A stretch of DNA of 24,000 nt from Escherichia coli. GTDB taxonomy: Bacteria; Pseudomonadota; Gammaproteobacteria; Enterobacterales; Enterobacteriaceae. Position numbers and translations under genes: made by a program. Under the pieces are notes generated by a model. It was not told the DNA's origin. It worked only from the letters and a program-made list of their open reading frames with translations, and ran no database searches. Below, one piece after another: positions 19,541 to 24,000 of the stretch (positions within the stretch are counted from its first letter, which is position 1; the number at the start of each line of letters is the position of its first letter). The stretch is from NCBI RefSeq assembly GCF_016889725.1, contig NZ_CP069528.1, one strand, 5' to 3'.

Positions 19541-20062
19541 TTACGAATATGATGCAACCAGCGTTGCCGTTGCAGAAAATGTTCCCGCCTGCAAACTCTG
19601 CATATTTCCTTTATATCCAAGTTTTGCGTAAAGAGTAATCTTTCTGGCTGGTGCTGTTCCTGTGATTTTTCCGGGCGTAAACTGACTCCCTAAAGTGACA
19701 GCGTTACCAATACCACTGTTATTACTATTGTAAAGATAAATGAGCAGCCCATCACCAGAAGCGGTTGAAGTATTAGGCACCAGTATCGAATTACCAGTCT
19801 GACCATTTGATGTTATTGTAACTTTCATGGTTCCCAGGCTATAGGGGCAGTTCATGTCGACGGTAAAGTCTTTCTGATTTCCGCCACTCTGTACCAGCTT
19901 CTGAATTTCAATATCACCCCAGTTAACTTCAGCATTTTGTACAGTACATGCAGGAATAATCAGTTTTCCTCTGAAGGTCAGATTATCAACTGCATGTACA
20001 TGCTGAGACATTAACACTGCCCCCAGCATTACCGGAAGACACAAACCTCTTATCTTTTTCAT
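19541..20062 (-). CDS. papE: P fimbrial tip major subunit PapE
   Basis: 173 aa [54 protein letters not shown]... Confidence 0.94.
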   Translation of the reverse strand: MKKIRGLCLPVMLGAVLMSQHVHAVDNLTFRGKLIIPACTVQNAEVNWGDIEIQKLVQSGGNQKDFTVDMNCPYSLGTMKVTITSNGQTGNSILVPNTSTASGDGLLIYLYNSNNSGIGNAVTLGSQFTPGKITGTAPARKITLYAKLGYKGNMQSLQAGTFSATATLVASYS

Positions 20063-20088
20063 CTGAAATATCCTGTACAAAATTTTTT

Positions 20089-20625
20089 CTAACGATATGT
20101 TAATTCAAACGTGGCTGTTGCTTCATAATCACCGGGTACCACACTCTTCGTCCGCAGGGCTTCCGGCGTTGCCACAACATACGCGCCGAAAGGAAGCTCA
20201 AGACTGTTTCCGGTAACCTTTTCCCCCTGGCCTTTGTTATGGGAGGTGCCGGGTTTCAGCAGACTGCTGCCATCGGTGTCCAGCAGTGCAATGCCTAACC
20301 GGCCGGAATTCACTCCGGTTACCTTCAGATGGCCCGGGAGGGCCGCCTCTTCCGTCCCCTTAAAGGTCAGGGTCACAATTTTGCCAACTGCTGTTGCATG
20401 GCAGTTTTCCAGCCTGATGACAAACGACTCTGTCGGCGAACGTCCGGGCGGATACCAGAAATCCCTGGACGCGCGGGTTTTGAAGACGACATGTTTATTC
20501 AGACTGTCACCGGACACATGGCAGGGTCTGTCAAGCAGATTACCCCTGAATGCCACATCTGAGGCCATTGCCTGCCCGGCAGACAGTGCTGCAAACAATA
20601 AAAGAGCGCCTGTGCTTTTTATCAT
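20089..20625 (-). CDS. papK: P fimbrial adaptor subunit PapK
   Basis: 178 aa [52 protein letters not shown]... Confidence 0.95.
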   Translation of the reverse strand: MIKSTGALLLFAALSAGQAMASDVAFRGNLLDRPCHVSGDSLNKHVVFKTRASRDFWYPPGRSPTESFVIRLENCHATAVGKIVTLTFKGTEEAALPGHLKVTGVNSGRLGIALLDTDGSSLLKPGTSHNKGQGEKVTGNSLELPFGAYVVATPEALRTKSVVPGDYEATATFELTYR

Positions 20626-20634
20626 CACATTCCC

Positions 20635-21216
20635 TTACTCATATTTTATGCTCAGACGCAGCATGGCCGGATTGCTCCTGGCATCAGAATACTCACCCTC
20701 CTGTGTCGCCCTTTTCCTCCAGGCGGCCAGCATCTCCTCCTGCCGCCGGTCAGGCCGGCACAGTAAAAAGGTATCACCATCGTGTATAACAAGATGGTCA
20801 CAGCCGGATAGCTTACGGTCAGGAAGTAAAGCACTTCCGCTTCCGGGACCGGTTACCAGTGAGCCGGAGACTGTCATCGCAACTCCCCGTTTTCCGGGCT
20901 GAAGTGCACCACCGTCCCCACATCCTGCCAGCCTCAGCATCAGAGGTGCTCCGGCTGCCGCAGAGTGATTTTCCGGCCGGAGGCTTAACGGCACCTCATT
21001 ACTCACCAGCGTGCAGGGTGAGGACAGCAGTGCGCCACTGATGGCCAGGCTTCCGGTGCGTCCCCCCCGTTCATTTATCCGGTAATGACGCAACTCATCT
21101 GCAGTAAAGACGTCATCATATATACCCCGCTCTTCAGCCCGCAGGAAAGTATGGATGAAACCACTCAGCGACAGTGCAATAAGATACAGTACTGCTGTTG
21201 TTTTATTCACAACCAT
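20635..21216 (-). CDS. papJ: P fimbrial assembly protein PapJ
   Basis: 193 aa, position between papD and papK and sequence MVVNKTTAVLYLIALSLSGFIHTFLRAEERGIYDDVFTADELRHYRINERGG... Confidence 0.92.
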   Translation of the reverse strand: MVVNKTTAVLYLIALSLSGFIHTFLRAEERGIYDDVFTADELRHYRINERGGRTGSLAISGALLSSPCTLVSNEVPLSLRPENHSAAAGAPLMLRLAGCGDGGALQPGKRGVAMTVSGSLVTGPGSGSALLPDRKLSGCDHLVIHDGDTFLLCRPDRRQEEMLAAWRKRATQEGEYSDARSNPAMLRLSIKYE

Positions 21217-21252
21217 AATATCCCATCCGCATTTAACCGTTATTGCGGTACA

Positions 21253-21972
21253 TTATTTCTCTTTTTTCACAGAGCAACGACTGCCATTACAGATAAACGA
21301 CAGTACCGGGCGACCACCATAGTCGTTAATATAAGACAGATAAGGGGTATTATAATTTGCCGATTTTACTGTCTGCTCTGAACGGGGAGACAGCATCACG
21401 GTTTCAAACTCACCTTCCTCTGCCTGCTTTTCACTTCCTCCCAGACCAATAACAGTGACATAATAGGGCGTTGGGTTTTCAATACGATACCCACCGCTGA
21501 CTTTGTTCAGAATTAACTGGTCCTGCCATACTTCATTTGGTCTGGTTTTAATTGCTGCCGGGCGATAAAAAAGCTTTATTTTGGTCTGTAAGGCTATCTG
21601 CAGTACATTGGCCTTTTCACTCCTCGGCGGTATTTCCCGGAGATTAAAATAAAACAGTGATTCCCTGTCCTGAGGAAGTTTACTGATATCCGGTGTGGTA
21701 CTCAGCCTGACCATGCTTTTCGCACCCGGCTCAAGGCGCTGAACCGGAGGGGTGGCAATAACCGGCCCTGTAATAATTTTTTCCTGATTTTCATTTTCTA
21801 TCCATGCCTGAGCAAGATAGGGCAGTTGTTTGTTATCATTGGAGATATCAAGCGTCATTGACTTCTCACTCCCGTCAAACACCGCGCGGGTTCTGTCCAG
21901 CGAAACAGCAGCGTCTGCCCCGGATATAACAAACAGGGGGATGGCAGCCATCAGAATCTTTTTTCGAATCAT
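21253..21972 (-). CDS. papD: P fimbrial periplasmic chaperone PapD
   Basis: 239 aa MIRKKILMAAIPLFVISGADAAVSLDRTRAVFDGSEKSMTLDISNDNKQLPYLAQAWIEN... Confidence 0.97.
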   Translation of the reverse strand: MIRKKILMAAIPLFVISGADAAVSLDRTRAVFDGSEKSMTLDISNDNKQLPYLAQAWIENENQEKIITGPVIATPPVQRLEPGAKSMVRLSTTPDISKLPQDRESLFYFNLREIPPRSEKANVLQIALQTKIKLFYRPAAIKTRPNEVWQDQLILNKVSGGYRIENPTPYYVTVIGLGGSEKQAEEGEFETVMLSPRSEQTVKSANYNTPYLSYINDYGGRPVLSFICNGSRCSVKKEK

Positions 21973-22057
21973 ACTTAATTTCCACATTCTGTAATTTCAC
22001 CTGGTCCGGAAAATGGCATAACCGCATTCATCAGCCGTTAATATTCCGGACTTTCAT

Positions 22058-24000
22058 TTATTTCTGAGGTGTACAGGGAAGCAATAACTGCTGGTCAGAT
22101 ATTGCTGTCTCCGGTACATTTACCTGACACTGTATTTTTCCATCCCAGTTTACCGACAGGGTTTCCCCCGGCGTCACGCCACTCAGCCAGGCAAGGCCTT
22201 CGTCGGCCACCATGCCCAGTTCCCGGCCTTTTTCACTGGTTACACTGGCACCAAACGGGGGCTGAGAGCCATCAGCAAGACGCAGTATTGCAAACAGACG
22301 TTTCCCTTTAAGCACGCTGAATTTCCGGTAACCAATGGCACCTTCTGTCAGCGCCGATTCCACAACAGAACGGGTTGCTTCCACATCATCAGGTAAGCGC
22401 TTCAGGTCAACAGAGGTTGTATTCCGGTAATAACTGCTGATGTCAGTCACCACGCCCGTTCCCCAGCGATTTGTCACCACCTGCCCGCCATCAACCGGTA
22501 CACCTCCCACACCATCCGTGTCAACAAGAAGACGTGTTCCACCGGACATTCCCCCTGCATGTAACGCCGCACCTTTTCCGGTAATTGTTGCCCCACCGGA
22601 AGCACTGACGCCGAAAGACGTATATCCTTTCTGCAGGGATGCAATATTCGCGGACAAATTTGCCAGCGGACTACGATGACTGTAATAGGCATTAATCTGA
22701 CGTTGCGATGTCAGTCCACCGCCACTGTTAAGGCCGGCGTTCAGGCTGTAGCTGTCCAGACCGTCATTGAACGTGTCAGTGTAGCCGGCCATATTCACAT
22801 AACGGTCATTACTCATACTGCCACTGTAGCTCGCTGTCCCCGTCCCCAGCGGCACGGATATACGCAGGTAAGCAGAATCGTTATCACGCCCCAGATATTT
22901 AGACCTTGAGGCTGACAATCCAACCGCCACACCCTGCAGTCCGAAAACATTAAAGTAGCGGTTGACGCTCACCGTATAATAGTCCGTTTTCCGTATGTCC
23001 CAGTATGTCTGACGGCTGTACTGCAGGTTAAAAGAGGTGTTCCAGTCCGCCACGTTTTTATTCAGCGTAACGGTATACATCTCTTTTTCCCGACTGCTGT
23101 AATCATTACGGTAGCGGGCGTTCAGGTACTGCTCCATGGTCATATAGTTTCGCTCTGAGAAACGATACCCGGCGAACGTAATGTCGGCATCCGCATTATC
23201 AAACCGTTTGGAGTAGCTCAGACGCCAGGATTTTCCCTGAAACGTTCTCTCTCCCTCAATACGGGCTACTGACTGCGTGATATCAGCGGAAAGGGTCCCC
23301 GGCACACCCAGGTCCCAGCCGGCACCGGCTGCCAGTGCATTATAATCACCGGCAAGCACAGCCCCGCCATACAGCGACCACTGGTTACTGAGCCCCCAGG
23401 ATGCCTCTCCGGTCGCAAATACAGGCCCTTCGGTCTCATGCCCGTATCCACGGGAACGACCGGAGACAAGTTTGTACCGGACCTGTCCCGGACGCGTCAG
23501 ATAAGGAACCGAGGCTGTATCGACCTGAAAGGTTTTCTTCCGTCCATTCTGTTCAATAACCTCAACATCAAGACGTCCGCGAACTGAACTGTCCAGGTCC
23601 TGAATACTGAATGGCCCTGCGGGGACCATCGAGTCGTACAGCACCCGTCCCTGCTGCGACACCACAACACGGGCATTAGTCTCCGCAATCCCGGTAATCT
23701 GCGGTGCATAGCCTCGCAGTCTGGGCGGCAGCATCCGGTCATCGCTTTCCAGGCTGGCTCCCGTATAACTCCATGACCGGAATATATCTGAGTTGATATT
23801 ATTCTCGCCCAGCGTCAGGTTTGCCCGCCACCGGGGAATGGCACGGAACAGATAAAAGCGACTCCATGTGAAATTTCTGTTTGTCGTTTTTTCCCCGTTG
23901 TAGCGACTCTGCTCCTGGCTTCCCTGATAGTCAGCCCGCAGGCGCCAGGGCCCCAGATTCCCCCCCACAGTCCCGTTATAACTGAACTGATGAGAGTCTC
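22058..24000 (-). CDS. papC: P fimbrial outer-membrane usher PapC (C-terminal part; N-terminus beyond window end)
   Basis: Frame stays open to 24000 (reads ...DSHQFSYNGTVGGNLGPWRLRADYQGSQEQSRYNG...); usher barrel and C-terminal domain ending PETAISDQQLLLPCTPQK. Confidence 0.96.
   Translation of the reverse strand, partial: DSHQFSYNGTVGGNLGPWRLRADYQGSQEQSRYNGEKTTNRNFTWSRFYLFRAIPRWRANLTLGENNINSDIFRSWSYTGASLESDDRMLPPRLRGYAPQITGIAETNARVVVSQQGRVLYDSMVPAGPFSIQDLDSSVRGRLDVEVIEQNGRKKTFQVDTASVPYLTRPGQVRYKLVSGRSRGYGHETEGPVFATGEASWGLSNQWSLYGGAVLAGDYNALAAGAGWDLGVPGTLSADITQSVARIEGERTFQGKSWRLSYSKRFDNADADITFAGYRFSERNYMTMEQYLNARYRNDYSSREKEMYTVTLNKNVADWNTSFNLQYSRQTYWDIRKTDYYTVSVNRYFNVFGLQGVAVGLSASRSKYLGRDNDSAYLRISVPLGTGTASYSGSMSNDRYVNMAGYTDTFNDGLDSYSLNAGLNSGGGLTSQRQINAYYSHRSPLANLSANIASLQKGYTSFGVSASGGATITGKGAALHAGGMSGGTRLLVDTDGVGGVPVDGGQVVTNRWGTGVVTDISSYYRNTTSVDLKRLPDDVEATRSVVESALTEGAIGYRKFSVLKGKRLFAILRLADGSQPPFGASVTSEKGRELGMVADEGLAWLSGVTPGETLSVNWDGKIQCQVNVPETAISDQQLLLPCTPQK

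Noticed and set aside
20234-20902. 222 aa plus-strand ORF opposite papK/papJ
   Set aside because: Fully antisense to confidently identified pap genes, low-complexity translation, no recognisable domain; GC-driven spurious frame.

Overview
The window is Escherichia coli chromosome plus the left part of an integrated pathogenicity/genomic island. Positions 1 to about 8280 are conserved backbone: ldtB(ybiS) partial, ybiR, mntR, mntS, opgE(ybiP), ompX, rhtA, dps and glnH. Just after glnH, where glnP should follow, a P4-type tyrosine integrase (8486..9664) opens an accessory region with no tRNA visible. It carries a TPR-like protein, a decayed phosphoethanolamine-transferase-like gene, and a minus-strand gene block: WYL regulator, glycine-rich membrane protein, HNH-like protein with a hydrophobic C-terminus, and a YkgJ-like Cys-cluster protein. 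It then carries a Hek/Tia/Hra-family outer-membrane adhesin and the distal pap operon (papG class II, papF, papE, papK, papJ, papD, partial papC). The best candidate for an undescribed system is the WYL-led block at 12489..16394, with a possible operator palindrome over its putative promoter. A defence or conflict role is inferred, not shown. All family names come from reading the translations; no database search was run.
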